64,000 bases of DNA from a virus, in IMG/VR virus record IMGVR_UViG_3300028654_000009; one strand, written 5' to 3'. The position numbers and the translations under genes were made by a program. Positions within the stretch are counted from its first letter, which is position 1. Every line of letters starts with the position of its first letter. The notes below the pieces were generated by a model. That model was not told where the DNA came from and did not search any database. It worked only from the letters and a program-made list of their open reading frames with translations. Shown here piece by piece: positions 1 to 9,172 of this stretch.

Positions 1-176
1 TGTGCGGTATGGATGCGTCGCAGCACGTCTTGGATGGAGGTGGGGTTGTGGCCGGCATTGCGCGGGTGTGTCATCGCCCAAGGAAACTCCAAAAGAAGCT
101 GGGCGACGATCTGCTCGGGCTCCCCCCGGAAGGTTTCGACTTCCTGAGACCAAATATTTGTAATCTTGACCGTCAT
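1..176 (-). CDS. Partial hypothetical protein (MTVKITNIWSQEVETFRGEPEQ...), runs off the window edge
   Basis: ATG at 176 overlaps the TAA of the 1344-aa gene (TAATG coupling). The frame is open to position 1. Confidence 0.7.
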   Translation of the reverse strand, partial: MTVKITNIWSQEVETFRGEPEQIVAQLLLEFPWAMTHPRNAGHNPTSIQDVLRRIHTA

Positions 177-3100
177 TACTCTAACGCTCCCAGACTTTCG
201 TACTCGGGCTGCTCGCCCTGCTCGCCCAGCGGGTCATACCATTTTTTATCTTTTGGTTTTCGGTACTGGTCAATATCTTGGAATCGCTTTTCTGCGTCCG
301 CCATGACTTGCTTTTTGTTGAACCGATTTGTCTCAAACCCGGGGATGACCTCCTGGGCCCCCTCATTATAGTGCTCCGGAATCATATTAGCATGCTCACG
401 GAACTTGTCAAGCATTGCTCCCTTGTTTTTATCGAACCAATCCCAGGTCCCCTTCCATGCTTCCGGATTTTCTCCAGGCAATCCGCCCATAACCAAGGCG
501 GCATTGTGAGTCAACAACCTAGAGTGATCCATAACGGGCCTATGTCCGCCATCGAACAGTCCCCCGTGGTCAATAGCCAACGGCAGACCGTTAGGCTGGA
601 TCATCAGATTGTTGCTGTGGCGATCTGAGTTGCCCGTTAGATAGTCCATAATGGCAATCCGGCGCATGGCTTCACGTGCCTCCGGCCGATCGGCTACCCG
701 GCCGGGCTCATAACCCGACCCCACATCACTGAAAGCTTGATGTAGCGACTTTACCCCAGGCTCCATATGTACGACCAAAGCGGGATTATGGAGCCTCTCT
801 TGAATATTGCCCTTCCCTCCCGGAATATTGAGCTGGGTGGCATGAACCTTTTGGTGAAGGTGCCCGATCCCGCCGGCATGGTACATGGCCTGATTGGTTA
901 GCTCATTCCAGGCGGACAGGGGGGTTTGCTGGTTGCTGGCCGGCTTGACCATGTAGCGCTTGCCTCCGTGTTGATAAACGGCCTTGGGTTCGATATCGCC
1001 CTTACCGTCAGGCCCTCTCCCTTCCCACACCATGGTGGGCTCGTGCGTGTTGTTACTGTCGTTCAGGTTCTTCTCAAACGTGTTGACGTCATTCTGGTGG
1101 GCAGCCGGATGGGCCTTCATCAGGCTGTTGTGAATCATCTTGGCTCCCAAGGTGGCATCGAAGCCCTGATGACCAAACACGCCCATCAGCTGGTCCTTCC
1201 CGCCCGCAAGGGCTTTGGACATCATTCCGTCGTCCCCAAGCAAAGGCTCCAGAGCGGCCTTCCATTTGGGGTCCCGTCCACGCCGATGCTCTTCCACTCG
1301 CTTGTTGAGCCAGTTGATCCGTTTTTGGAAGCCAGCACGAAGGTTGTACTTCGCGCGCGGGTCGGTCACGTTCTCCAGGCGCTTCTCGAACGCTTCTTGG
1401 ATAGGCAGCTTGTTTTCGTCGTACCAGGGCAGTACGTGGCGCGCGTCCCAAGAGTTCAAGCCCGGAATCTGATAGTCCCTGTCTTGGGGGAACGAACCTG
1501 GCCTGTTGTGGCCTGCGGCATAAGAAAATGCGCTGCCGTGATCAATCGCCAAAAGGGTCTTATCGGGCCTTACAAGGAGGTTTTCACTGTGTCTGTCTTG
1601 ATTGTCGATCAGGAAATCCATCAGCTGAATTTTGCGGATGTCCGCCTGGTTCGTAGGCAGGTGGTCCCTTTTGAATGAGGTGTTCCCAATATCCTTAGCC
1701 GGCTCCGCTCGGATTACCTGCGCTGGTACCATCCAATCGCCATACCCATGAGGGGCCGTGAAGGTTTCCTGGTGAAGCCTGCCGATACCCGCAGCGTGGT
1801 ACATAGCCTGGTTGGTGTTTTCCGCCCAGCCCGGCATGAACCCGTGTTTGCTGTAGGGCTTGACAATGAACTTCTGAGCCTTTGCGTAGCCCTTGACCGG
1901 CAGCTTATAGATCATCTTGGGATCGCCGCCCCTTGAAAGCTTATCTATTGTCTTGTCGGCATGGTCATAGATGCCCGAAGACCTCTCCGGCTTGACATGC
2001 GCAGCCATCCCTTGCCGATACGCCTCGACCGAATAATGGTGATGGGGCATAGGTTCTTCTGCTGCTGGATTGGAGAGATGGGGAGCCTTGACCTCTTCTG
2101 CGAAGTCGTTGGCGTTATCAATCACGGCCTTCGCCATACGCAGTTTAGGATACTTCGAATGCCCCCTGACTTTCTCGATGTGAGCCGCTGCCACCTGAAT
2201 CGGAAGCGAAGGATCGTCCTGGGTGGCCTCTATCATGTGGTGGAGGTGCTCATCTGTCAGGCGAGGGTCCGCCATCAAGTCTTCATGACGGTGAAACACA
2301 GGGTTTCCCTCGTGGTCGCGAGTGGAGTGTGCCAACACCCTCAATGCCAGGTTAGAAAGCGGGTGATAGAACGCGGTTTTGTAAACGTTGTGGTCGGGGT
2401 CGAGGATCGCGTTGGCTACGTCAGTTGGATCGGTCGAGTCCATCTTGAGAGCCAGCGAGCGTTCAATGGGGTCCGGGTGCTCAAGCAGGTGTGCAGCTTC
2501 AGAGGGCTCGTGTTTCTTGACATAGTCCTTGAGGTCTTTCTTCCCCTTCCAGCTGAACGCGGGTGTCTTGACCCGGTCGTTGATTCTTCCGTCTAGGGTG
2601 GCTTCGTCTTCTGCAAAAGCTTTTTCGTGTTCTTCGGGCGTAGCTAGTTGAGACTTATGCGGTCCCACAATAGTCTCCCAATGTGGGCTCTGATAGCCAG
2701 GCCCAGCAGGTTTGGTGGAATGTGAAAAATCGTTCTCTTTGGCCCATTGTGCGTTGTCTTCGGCGCGTGGGTGGACGGCGCCCCACATCGGCAACATTGC
2801 GTGGATATCATTCTGGTGAATCCAGGCTGAAGTGATAGGCCCCTTGTACTCTCGCTTGAAATTATGGAGGATGCTGTACAGCTCTCCCGGAGGGGCGCCC
2901 ACAATAGGCGTCCAGGAGGTTTTTCTGTCATGCGACACGTGCGCAGGGCCGACGGCGGATTGAGCTTCGGCAGGAGACATCGCCCGGTGCATAAGGAATG
3001 ACCTGGTGCCGTCCGGGTGAACCTTGACTTGGGTTTTCCCAGAAAGCTTGTGGAGGCCCCTGACGCGCGCGGGGCCCTCCATTCTGGGGATATTCTCCCT

Positions 3101-4210
3101 GGTTGGGTCTTCCCTGAAACGCCTTTGATAATCCGGGTCAGAAGCGACTTGCCACCTTGCTACGGCCTGCTCGCCTTGGGGAGAAAGGTCTTGAAAGGGA
3201 TCGTAGCTGGGGAGGGCTTTGTTTAGGCCAGCGCCGCTATGGGCGATCGCGTAGGGGCTGTCTCTCGGCAACCTCTCCAAATGGGCTCCCCCATTAGGGA
3301 CCACGGCCGACACGGACCCTTCGTCTTCCGCTACATTCCGATAATAATAACCGCGCTTGGCGGCCCCTCTTTTTATGGCGCCCGCCATATAACCGTTGGC
3401 CCTAAAGTCATCGTGGGCCGACATGGGAGTGTTCGACATAGGGCCCACGATCCTGACAGGGAAGATATCTGGCTTGTGGTTTGGCGATATAGATGTCCCG
3501 TCTCCAAAGGTGGGCATCGCGGTAGCGTAATGATCTTCTGCCATAGGCCCGCTATTGTATCCGGTCCTCTGGACGCCCCTAGCTTGCAAGGTCTTGTGGC
3601 CGGCGAGCAAGGTCTTCCCATATTCTCTTGTGCCGTCCCAGCTGCCCTCTGCCGGAACACCGATTCTTGCATGCAAAGCCTGCTCTGCAGCCTTCCGGGT
3701 CCCGATATGCAGCCCCACTTTGCCGCCAACTAGCTCACCGCTCGGACTCCCATGCCACCACACCTTTTCCCTGTGGCCGTCGTTAGTGGCTTTGGCCAGG
3801 CCTTCGCCCTCTTCAACGCTGAACAACTGGCGCAGGAGGTTAGCCTCACCAGGAGGCCCTTCGAGGTTTTCCCACACGTCCCTGGGAATGCCTTTGAGCA
3901 CCGGAATCCACTTCCAGGCGCCATCCTTGACTTCCTCGTCAGGGTCATGGGTCGAATGGGCGTCACCTGAGCAGAGAGCCGAGAACAGGTGGATCATTGC
4001 GCCGGACGGATTAACTTCAGATTTGATATGCGTCAGTGACTTAGGGCGCAGGCCGGTCTCCTCGTACAGCTCCCTGGCGGCAGCTACCGTTTTGTCTTCG
4101 CCCTCGTTGAGACCCCCACCTGGCATCGTCCAGGTGCCACGGTCGGAGCGCTTCCCGAGCAAAATCTCGCCTTTCCCGTTGGTGACGAGTATGAGAGAAA
4201 CTTGCTTCAT
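176..4210 (-). CDS. Polyvalent multi-enzyme protein: NUDIX hydrolase, two ADP-ribosyltransferase-like domains, helical repeats and two PI3/PI4-kinase (HipA)-like domains; probable virion cargo
   Basis: NUDIX box GGGLNEGEDKTVAAARELYEETGL. WHGS...GLHIGT...YYRNVAEDEGSVS. MHRAMS...TSWT...WETIV. Two kinase signatures: DFLIDNQDRHSENLL...IDHG and DYLTGNSDRHSNNLM...IDHG. Coupled to head genes. Confidence 0.75.
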   Translation of the reverse strand: MKQVSLILVTNGKGEILLGKRSDRGTWTMPGGGLNEGEDKTVAAARELYEETGLRPKSLTHIKSEVNPSGAMIHLFSALCSGDAHSTHDPDEEVKDGAWKWIPVLKGIPRDVWENLEGPPGEANLLRQLFSVEEGEGLAKATNDGHREKVWWHGSPSGELVGGKVGLHIGTRKAAEQALHARIGVPAEGSWDGTREYGKTLLAGHKTLQARGVQRTGYNSGPMAEDHYATAMPTFGDGTSISPNHKPDIFPVRIVGPMSNTPMSAHDDFRANGYMAGAIKRGAAKRGYYYRNVAEDEGSVSAVVPNGGAHLERLPRDSPYAIAHSGAGLNKALPSYDPFQDLSPQGEQAVARWQVASDPDYQRRFREDPTRENIPRMEGPARVRGLHKLSGKTQVKVHPDGTRSFLMHRAMSPAEAQSAVGPAHVSHDRKTSWTPIVGAPPGELYSILHNFKREYKGPITSAWIHQNDIHAMLPMWGAVHPRAEDNAQWAKENDFSHSTKPAGPGYQSPHWETIVGPHKSQLATPEEHEKAFAEDEATLDGRINDRVKTPAFSWKGKKDLKDYVKKHEPSEAAHLLEHPDPIERSLALKMDSTDPTDVANAILDPDHNVYKTAFYHPLSNLALRVLAHSTRDHEGNPVFHRHEDLMADPRLTDEHLHHMIEATQDDPSLPIQVAAAHIEKVRGHSKYPKLRMAKAVIDNANDFAEEVKAPHLSNPAAEEPMPHHHYSVEAYRQGMAAHVKPERSSGIYDHADKTIDKLSRGGDPKMIYKLPVKGYAKAQKFIVKPYSKHGFMPGWAENTNQAMYHAAGIGRLHQETFTAPHGYGDWMVPAQVIRAEPAKDIGNTSFKRDHLPTNQADIRKIQLMDFLIDNQDRHSENLLVRPDKTLLAIDHGSAFSYAAGHNRPGSFPQDRDYQIPGLNSWDARHVLPWYDENKLPIQEAFEKRLENVTDPRAKYNLRAGFQKRINWLNKRVEEHRRGRDPKWKAALEPLLGDDGMMSKALAGGKDQLMGVFGHQGFDATLGAKMIHNSLMKAHPAAHQNDVNTFEKNLNDSNNTHEPTMVWEGRGPDGKGDIEPKAVYQHGGKRYMVKPASNQQTPLSAWNELTNQAMYHAGGIGHLHQKVHATQLNIPGGKGNIQERLHNPALVVHMEPGVKSLHQAFSDVGSGYEPGRVADRPEAREAMRRIAIMDYLTGNSDRHSNNLMIQPNGLPLAIDHGGLFDGGHRPVMDHSRLLTHNAALVMGGLPGENPEAWKGTWDWFDKNKGAMLDKFREHANMIPEHYNEGAQEVIPGFETNRFNKKQVMADAEKRFQDIDQYRKPKDKKWYDPLGEQGEQPEYESLGALE

Positions 4211-5055
4211 TACAAACTTCCGGTGAACATCCCCAAGCCCATCTGGCGCTGGAGTTTCTTGACCAAGAACTTCCGCTTATCCTGAAGGATCTTCAACCGA
4301 TCGTTGAACAAATCAGGACCGGGAGTAGACTGACTCTGGGAAAGCCCATCGATGCTCAAGCTCGCCGAGGTGGACCTCGAATACGTGGTCGCGAGCATGG
4401 CTAGGACTTCCATAGCAGTGATGACGCCGATGAGCTGGTTCACCACGCGAGGAACCATCCCGTCCTTGAAGCCGGTCGTATAGATAACCTCGAAGAACGA
4501 AGCAATCCAGGGGCGATGTCCGAAGATGGCCATAAACTGCGCTCCGTAGGGCCCTGTTCCAATCTGAGCATAGTTGTTCGTCTGCAGAGCGATCGTCAAA
4601 GGGATGAGATTGAGCTGTCCCTGGTGGAGGTAGCCCACGTCGATCCAGTCCAAGGGAATTGAGTAGATCGTCTGCTCGTTCGATGCAGTGATGGTGACGG
4701 CCTGCAGAGACTGAATAGGCCGATGTCTCAATTGCATGAACCCGAGAGACTCATACTCGGGCTTGTCGAAAGCGAGCTTCTCTTTGAACTGCTTAGGGAA
4801 GATATCGAACCCGCCGTCGATCTCGGCCAGAGCTACAGCCTCAATGATATACTCCTTGAGTTCTTCCGGGCCTATGTACATGGGCTTACCAGTACGCGGA
4901 TCTTTGACTGCTGAGATAAGGGGAATGCCCCACAGGTGAAGGCGGATAACCTTCTCAGGGGTGATCAGCGGCTCGTGCTGGAGCCATACGCCCTCAATTT
5001 TGTTGATGTCGAAAATTTCACCGACACCGTCTTTGCTAGTCGTGTAATCGGCCAT
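4210..5055 (-). CDS. Head completion/neck protein
   Basis: Downstream of the capsid gene. YTTGF and SLSIDGLSQS segments resemble Herelleviridae-like head-tail adaptors. Confidence 0.6.
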   Translation of the reverse strand: MADYTTSKDGVGEIFDINKIEGVWLQHEPLITPEKVIRLHLWGIPLISAVKDPRTGKPMYIGPEELKEYIIEAVALAEIDGGFDIFPKQFKEKLAFDKPEYESLGFMQLRHRPIQSLQAVTITASNEQTIYSIPLDWIDVGYLHQGQLNLIPLTIALQTNNYAQIGTGPYGAQFMAIFGHRPWIASFFEVIYTTGFKDGMVPRVVNQLIGVITAMEVLAMLATTYSRSTSASLSIDGLSQSQSTPGPDLFNDRLKILQDKRKFLVKKLQRQMGLGMFTGSL

Positions 5056-5128
5056 TAAAGTCGCGCTCTTTTCTTGAGATTATCGGCAGCCCACAAGGGC
5101 TGCATGTTGGTGTAGTGGGAGGCCTTCA

Positions 5129-5539
5129 TTAGCAGTCGCTCCCGTCAGTAGCAGCCAAGATAGCAGCCTGAAGCACCGCGATTTTCTGATTGGCAGACTC
5201 GGTAAGAGTAATCCTGATCGACACCGTCCCTCGGATGGGGTCAGTGGCCAAGAGAGAAACCTTCCAAATCGAGGGGTCTTGAGCAAACGGCTGAACGGCT
5301 GCTCGGTTGAACTTTTTATTGCTATCAATGTTCTGAAACTGGATCAGCATAGTCGCCCCTACGACCGGCATGTACCGGAGACCGGCAGGCTCCCAGCCCT
5401 TCGTCAAAGGGAGCTGATCCTTGTCAATCAGCTGGATGTAAACGTCAAAGGGGGTGCCCTCGAATACCTCCACCTGGGTGATGAATTCGAAGTGATTGAT
5501 ATCAGAAACGTTGCCCAGAAGGCGCGCGCCAAAGTTCAT
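5129..5539 (-). CDS. Hypothetical virion protein (beta-rich)
   Basis: 136-aa ORF in the structural module, preceded by AATCT-N6-ATG. Confidence 0.55.
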   Translation of the reverse strand: MNFGARLLGNVSDINHFEFITQVEVFEGTPFDVYIQLIDKDQLPLTKGWEPAGLRYMPVVGATMLIQFQNIDSNKKFNRAAVQPFAQDPSIWKVSLLATDPIRGTVSIRITLTESANQKIAVLQAAILAATDGSDC

Positions 5540-5545
5540 GACCTT

Positions 5546-5561
5546 AGATTAGGCCGAATCT
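5546..5561. promoter_or_regulatory. Back-to-back putative late promoters (AATCT on both strands)
   Basis: AGATT at 5546-5550 is 6 nt from the ATG at 5539 (-). AATCT at 5557-5561 is 6 nt from the ATG at 5568 (+). Confidence 0.65.
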
Positions 5562-5567
5562 TGATTG

Positions 5568-5987
5568 ATGCGTTATGTCTTACCTTTGCTGGCGATCCTG
5601 CTGACGGCCTGCCCTCCCAAGGCACTTCCACAAGACCCCCAAATGGTCCAGGCGGTCCAGATTGCGTGGAGCTATTACAAGCTCCCAGGGAAGCCCCCTA
5701 CGTACGTCCTGATGCAGGGCGCGGCCCTTACGTGCAGGAATAGCCCGGGCACAGAAATGGTTGGCTGGGGATGTAAGGGCGTGGTTCACCCAGGCTGCAC
5801 TTGCGTCGCCGGCACGGAAGACGGGGCGAGCTTTGCTATTGCTCGGGTGGATAATCAGCCGTGGCACACGACTGCAATTTGTCACGAAGCCCAGCACGCT
5901 GCTGTGGGCAACTACAACCATACGCAACCAGCCTGGGACAACCTGTTGCTCCCCTGCCAGGCCGCTCAGACTGCCGCCGGGCTCTAG
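5568..5987 (+). CDS. Lipoprotein with HExxH zincin-like motif
   Basis: Signal and lipobox MRYVLPLLAILLTA-C. CHEAQH motif. Several Cys residues. Confidence 0.65.
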   Translation: MRYVLPLLAILLTACPPKALPQDPQMVQAVQIAWSYYKLPGKPPTYVLMQGAALTCRNSPGTEMVGWGCKGVVHPGCTCVAGTEDGASFAIARVDNQPWHTTAICHEAQHAAVGNYNHTQPAWDNLLLPCQAAQTAAGL

Positions 5988-6529
5988 TCCTCTTCAGAAC
6001 TCTTTCGGCTCTCCCAGAATTCTTCGAGTTCTCTGTCCCTTTCGGCCAACGTAGTTCCCAGTAGGTCATCGAGGGCGCCGTCATCATAGGTGCCCGTTGC
6101 AAGTGCCTTCCCGAAGAATCCACTAACCTCATTTACGAACGCTGTTGGAGACAGCAGCTCCCTTGGGGTGGGCATGGTCCCGGGGCTGACGTGGTGGAGG
6201 CGTTCAAACTTCTCTCCTAGATCAAACCACCACTCAATCTCCTTGCCTAGGTCGATAGCAAGGATGATTTCGAGTTCCATCCCCTCACTTATGGCCCCTC
6301 CGACGATATAAACAGCAACACGGTCAGAGGTTGCCAAATACGCCTGGGCGGCGATGATTCCTAGCTGTCTGTCCACTTCTTTGGTGTCGTCTAGAAATTG
6401 CGTGTAATACCCGTGTGGAGCAAAGGGCGCTCTCCCCATGCTCAGCTGGTGAGTTGCATACCGATGGCTCTTAAGGATGTTCCCCGAAACTTCGCCCCGC
6501 AGCCTGCTGCAAACGAATACCGTTTCCAT
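5984..6529 (-). CDS. Nucleoside 2-deoxyribosyltransferase-like (DUF4406-like) protein
   Basis: VFVCS.LRG....N, PFAPH.YYTQFLDD...DR.LG and ISEGM.LEI motifs. Confidence 0.6.
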   Translation of the reverse strand: METVFVCSRLRGEVSGNILKSHRYATHQLSMGRAPFAPHGYYTQFLDDTKEVDRQLGIIAAQAYLATSDRVAVYIVGGAISEGMELEIILAIDLGKEIEWWFDLGEKFERLHHVSPGTMPTPRELLSPTAFVNEVSGFFGKALATGTYDDGALDDLLGTTLAERDRELEEFWESRKSSEED

Positions 6530-6828
6530 CAGTTGAGGTTTGGGTTTGGAGGGATTTTGATCCCCTCTTTTTCGAGGGTCTTGATTGCAAGGTCGTTGGC
6601 GCGGCCGTACTGAACTCGGAAGGTGTCAACCAACACTTCACAAGGTAGACCAGAAAATCCAGCTGCGCGGGCGGCCGCAAGGACCAGAGAAAACAGCGCC
6701 AGGAGCGGGTTAGGAGAAATGTCGCCGGCCTTTTCAATCAACACGGAGGAGTTCACGCCGGCTGTCTTTTCCCAGCCTTCCGGTAGCAGATCCTCCAACG
6801 AGTGTTTCTCAGAATCGTCTTTAGGCAT
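6529..6828 (-). CDS. Hypothetical protein
   Basis: 99-aa ORF. AATCT-N6-ATG upstream (6835-6839). Coupled to the next gene. Confidence 0.6.
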   Translation of the reverse strand: MPKDDSEKHSLEDLLPEGWEKTAGVNSSVLIEKAGDISPNPLLALFSLVLAAARAAGFSGLPCEVLVDTFRVQYGRANDLAIKTLEKEGIKIPPNPNLN

Positions 6829-6867
6829 CTTCTAAGATTAGCATACAAATCAATGAATTACAAACGC

Positions 6868-6901
6868 AAAAGGCCCCTGCAGTTTCCAGCCTGCAGGGGC
6901 C
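6868..6901 (-). terminator. Rho-independent terminator
   Basis: 11-bp stem GGCCCCTGCAG/CTGCAGGGGCC followed by TTTT on the minus strand. Confidence 0.85.
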
Positions 6902-6931
6902 ACTAAAACCTACATGTATGACCTATAGGTT

Positions 6932-7579
6932 TTAGTATTGCTTCTCAAAATCAGAGAACACGTAACGAGGTGCGTTGGGGTAATTGTTGTTCTTCAGGAA
7001 GCCAATTTCCACAAACGAAGTGGGATTGTCGTTGCGACAGTCTCCGTAAGTTGGCTCCGGGAAACTGGGAAACAAATAGAAAGCATCGACGGACAGCGTG
7101 TAATATGTGTTAGGGTTGATTACATACACCGACCCGTCCGTGAAGTTGCAGGAACCAGAGCTAGCATACCATACAATCTGGAGCCCGGCAATCATAGGCA
7201 GACTGTAGTTGAACGCTCGCGGATCATAATTGCCCCACGCTCGCTCCATGTAAAAGCCACAGCTAGGGGTGTCAAGATTGTCCGAAGTGCGCTCATACAG
7301 GTACTTGTTGACACTCGAATCCCACCTAAGTTTGCTGTGTGTGGGACCGGTCAAAACGGGGGGAGAGGAAGTCCCTTCCCCGGTCCAGCTCGACTGGGTT
7401 CCGTCAGACTTCCAGTGATCCACGATACGGCAATAGCTGCTTTCCTTCTCCTGGGCAACTCCGACCTTGTCGGCAGCCAGCTGCGCGCTGAAATCCTTTG
7501 TGGTGGGAGCCTTGACGGGCTCGCCTCCACATGCTACCAATACCAAACCAACGATCATTGAGAGTGCTACTTTCTTCAT
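6932..7579 (-). CDS. Lipoprotein (moron-like cassette)
   Basis: MKKVALSMIVGLVLVA-CGG lipobox. AAGGA SD. Has its own promoter and terminator. Confidence 0.75.
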   Translation of the reverse strand: MKKVALSMIVGLVLVACGGEPVKAPTTKDFSAQLAADKVGVAQEKESSYCRIVDHWKSDGTQSSWTGEGTSSPPVLTGPTHSKLRWDSSVNKYLYERTSDNLDTPSCGFYMERAWGNYDPRAFNYSLPMIAGLQIVWYASSGSCNFTDGSVYVINPNTYYTLSVDAFYLFPSFPEPTYGDCRNDNPTSFVEIGFLKNNNYPNAPRYVFSDFEKQY

Positions 7580-7621
7580 TTCATTCCTTTCTGTTACGGG
7601 TTTTGGGTTCCTAAACGGGAT

Positions 7622-7649
7622 AGTTTAGCAGAGTTTTATTGAGTGTCAA
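7622..7649 (-). promoter_or_regulatory. Sigma70-type promoter for the lipoprotein gene
   Basis: TTGACA-N16-TAAACT on the minus strand. Confidence 0.7.
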
Positions 7650-7656
7650 GGGGGTT

Positions 7657-7676
7657 ATTACAGGGTACCCTGTAAT
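7657..7676. repeat. Perfect 20-bp palindrome (possible operator)
   Basis: ATTACAGGGTACCCTGTAAT, 7 bp upstream of the -35 box. Confidence 0.7.
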
Positions 7677-7678
7677 GC

Positions 7679-7709
7679 AAAAGGCCCAGGAGGTTATCCT
7701 GGGCCTTTT
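7679..7709. terminator. Rho-independent terminator after the capsid gene (bidirectional shape)
   Basis: AAAA-GGCCCAGGA-ggtta-TCCTGGGCC-TTTT. Confidence 0.85.
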
Positions 7710-7738
7710 ATGGTCTAACTAACTAGTTACTTAGCTTA

Positions 7739-9130
7739 TTACAGCTGTCCGCGCAAGTTGTCGATCAGCACGTTCTTGCGGGGCTCCACAACCGCCAAAG
7801 TCAAGAACCGCAGATGCGCCTCGGGGATGCTGAGGTCCGAGACCGCCAGCTTCACTCGGCTGTAAGGGGCAAGCTCCTTCAGCTCCATGGTGTCGCCCTG
7901 GATGAGATAGCCCGTCACGAAGCCCGGGAGCTTATTCCCGAGGTCGAGGAAGGTGGTGTTACCCGACACCGCCGAGATAACCCGACCAACGAACTTGGCC
8001 GAGGAGGCCGCGCCGCCAGCGTTCGTGCGGTACACATTGTACCCGCGAACCGTACCAGAACCCGGAGGGGTGATGGTCAGGGTGATCTTGTCGTTCAGGT
8101 TGACCGAGGCCGACGCGATAGAGGCCGAAGCCGGGGACTCGCCGTTCTCGTTGAACGAGGTGACGTAGAAGGTGTAGACGCCAGCCGCGAGAGCCCCACC
8201 GGCGCTGTTGGCAATGCCGAGGGTAGGAGCGGTAGGAGAGTTGGCGCGGGTGCGAGCCGGCTTGCTCTTACCACGAAGGAACTGGCTGGCCTCGATGTTG
8301 ACGGTACCACCAGAAACCCACTGCTTGCGGAGGTCGCCACCGGTCGAGTCCTGAGGGGACCCCGCGAGAATTACTCGCTCCTTGCCGATAACCAGCTTGT
8401 TGTAAGCCGAGAGGACAATCGGGTCAACCAGAAGGCGGTTGGCAGTGCCGAAGTTGAGAGCGCTACGAACCGCCGCGTCCTCAACCTTGCCCTGGTCCAG
8501 GGTGCCGCCGCCCGAGAGAACCACAGAGTCGTCCGAGCCGAACTCTGAGAACATAAGGTCTCGGCTGTTGACCTGCATGTCGCTCTGACGAACCTGGAGA
8601 CCGAGCCCGTGAATGTTCGGGAGGGCCGGGACGGCGAAGGGATTGCCGTCGAACACGCCCGCGTTCGAGAAGTCGTCGATACCACGGAAGCTGTCGAACT
8701 CGATGTCGCCAGCGATCTTCTTGGCAGCGTCAGCAGCGGCGCGCTCGTCGCTCTTCTTGCCGTCAACAGTCGCCACCATCGTCGAAGCGATGGTCACCCG
8801 ACGAACGTGGGAGTAGAATGCCATTGGCACCGTAACCCGCACGAAGTCCGAGGTCTCTTCCTGTCCGACCTGGCCTTCGAGCTGGGCAGACCCGCCGAAG
8901 ATACCGTAGCTGAGCTGACGGTCGAACTGGTAGAGGGTGGCCTTGCAGGACGAGGTCCCCACGATCTTCTGGAGCTTGATGTGGCTCTCATCGAAAGTGA
9001 CGTTGTTCATGACCGGGCTGCAGTCCTCGATTTGAAGGGCAGCACCCTGGGTCAGCGTACTGGGGGCTGCGTCATAGTTGCCAGCCTCCAACGCCTTCTT
9101 AAGTTCAGTAACGGCATCCATTGCGTTCAT
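7739..9130 (-). CDS. Major capsid protein (SPO1/Herelleviridae-like)
   Basis: 463 aa. N-terminal KALEAG...P...GAALQIE motif. C-terminal LAVVEPRKNVLIDN. Strong SD, downstream terminator, follows the scaffold gene. Confidence 0.9.
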   Translation of the reverse strand: MNAMDAVTELKKALEAGNYDAAPSTLTQGAALQIEDCSPVMNNVTFDESHIKLQKIVGTSSCKATLYQFDRQLSYGIFGGSAQLEGQVGQEETSDFVRVTVPMAFYSHVRRVTIASTMVATVDGKKSDERAAADAAKKIAGDIEFDSFRGIDDFSNAGVFDGNPFAVPALPNIHGLGLQVRQSDMQVNSRDLMFSEFGSDDSVVLSGGGTLDQGKVEDAAVRSALNFGTANRLLVDPIVLSAYNKLVIGKERVILAGSPQDSTGGDLRKQWVSGGTVNIEASQFLRGKSKPARTRANSPTAPTLGIANSAGGALAAGVYTFYVTSFNENGESPASASIASASVNLNDKITLTITPPGSGTVRGYNVYRTNAGGAASSAKFVGRVISAVSGNTTFLDLGNKLPGFVTGYLIQGDTMELKELAPYSRVKLAVSDLSIPEAHLRFLTLAVVEPRKNVLIDNLRGQL

Positions 9131-9172
9131 TTGTGTGTTCTCTCCTGATGGTTTTTGTTGTTGGGGCAGTTG

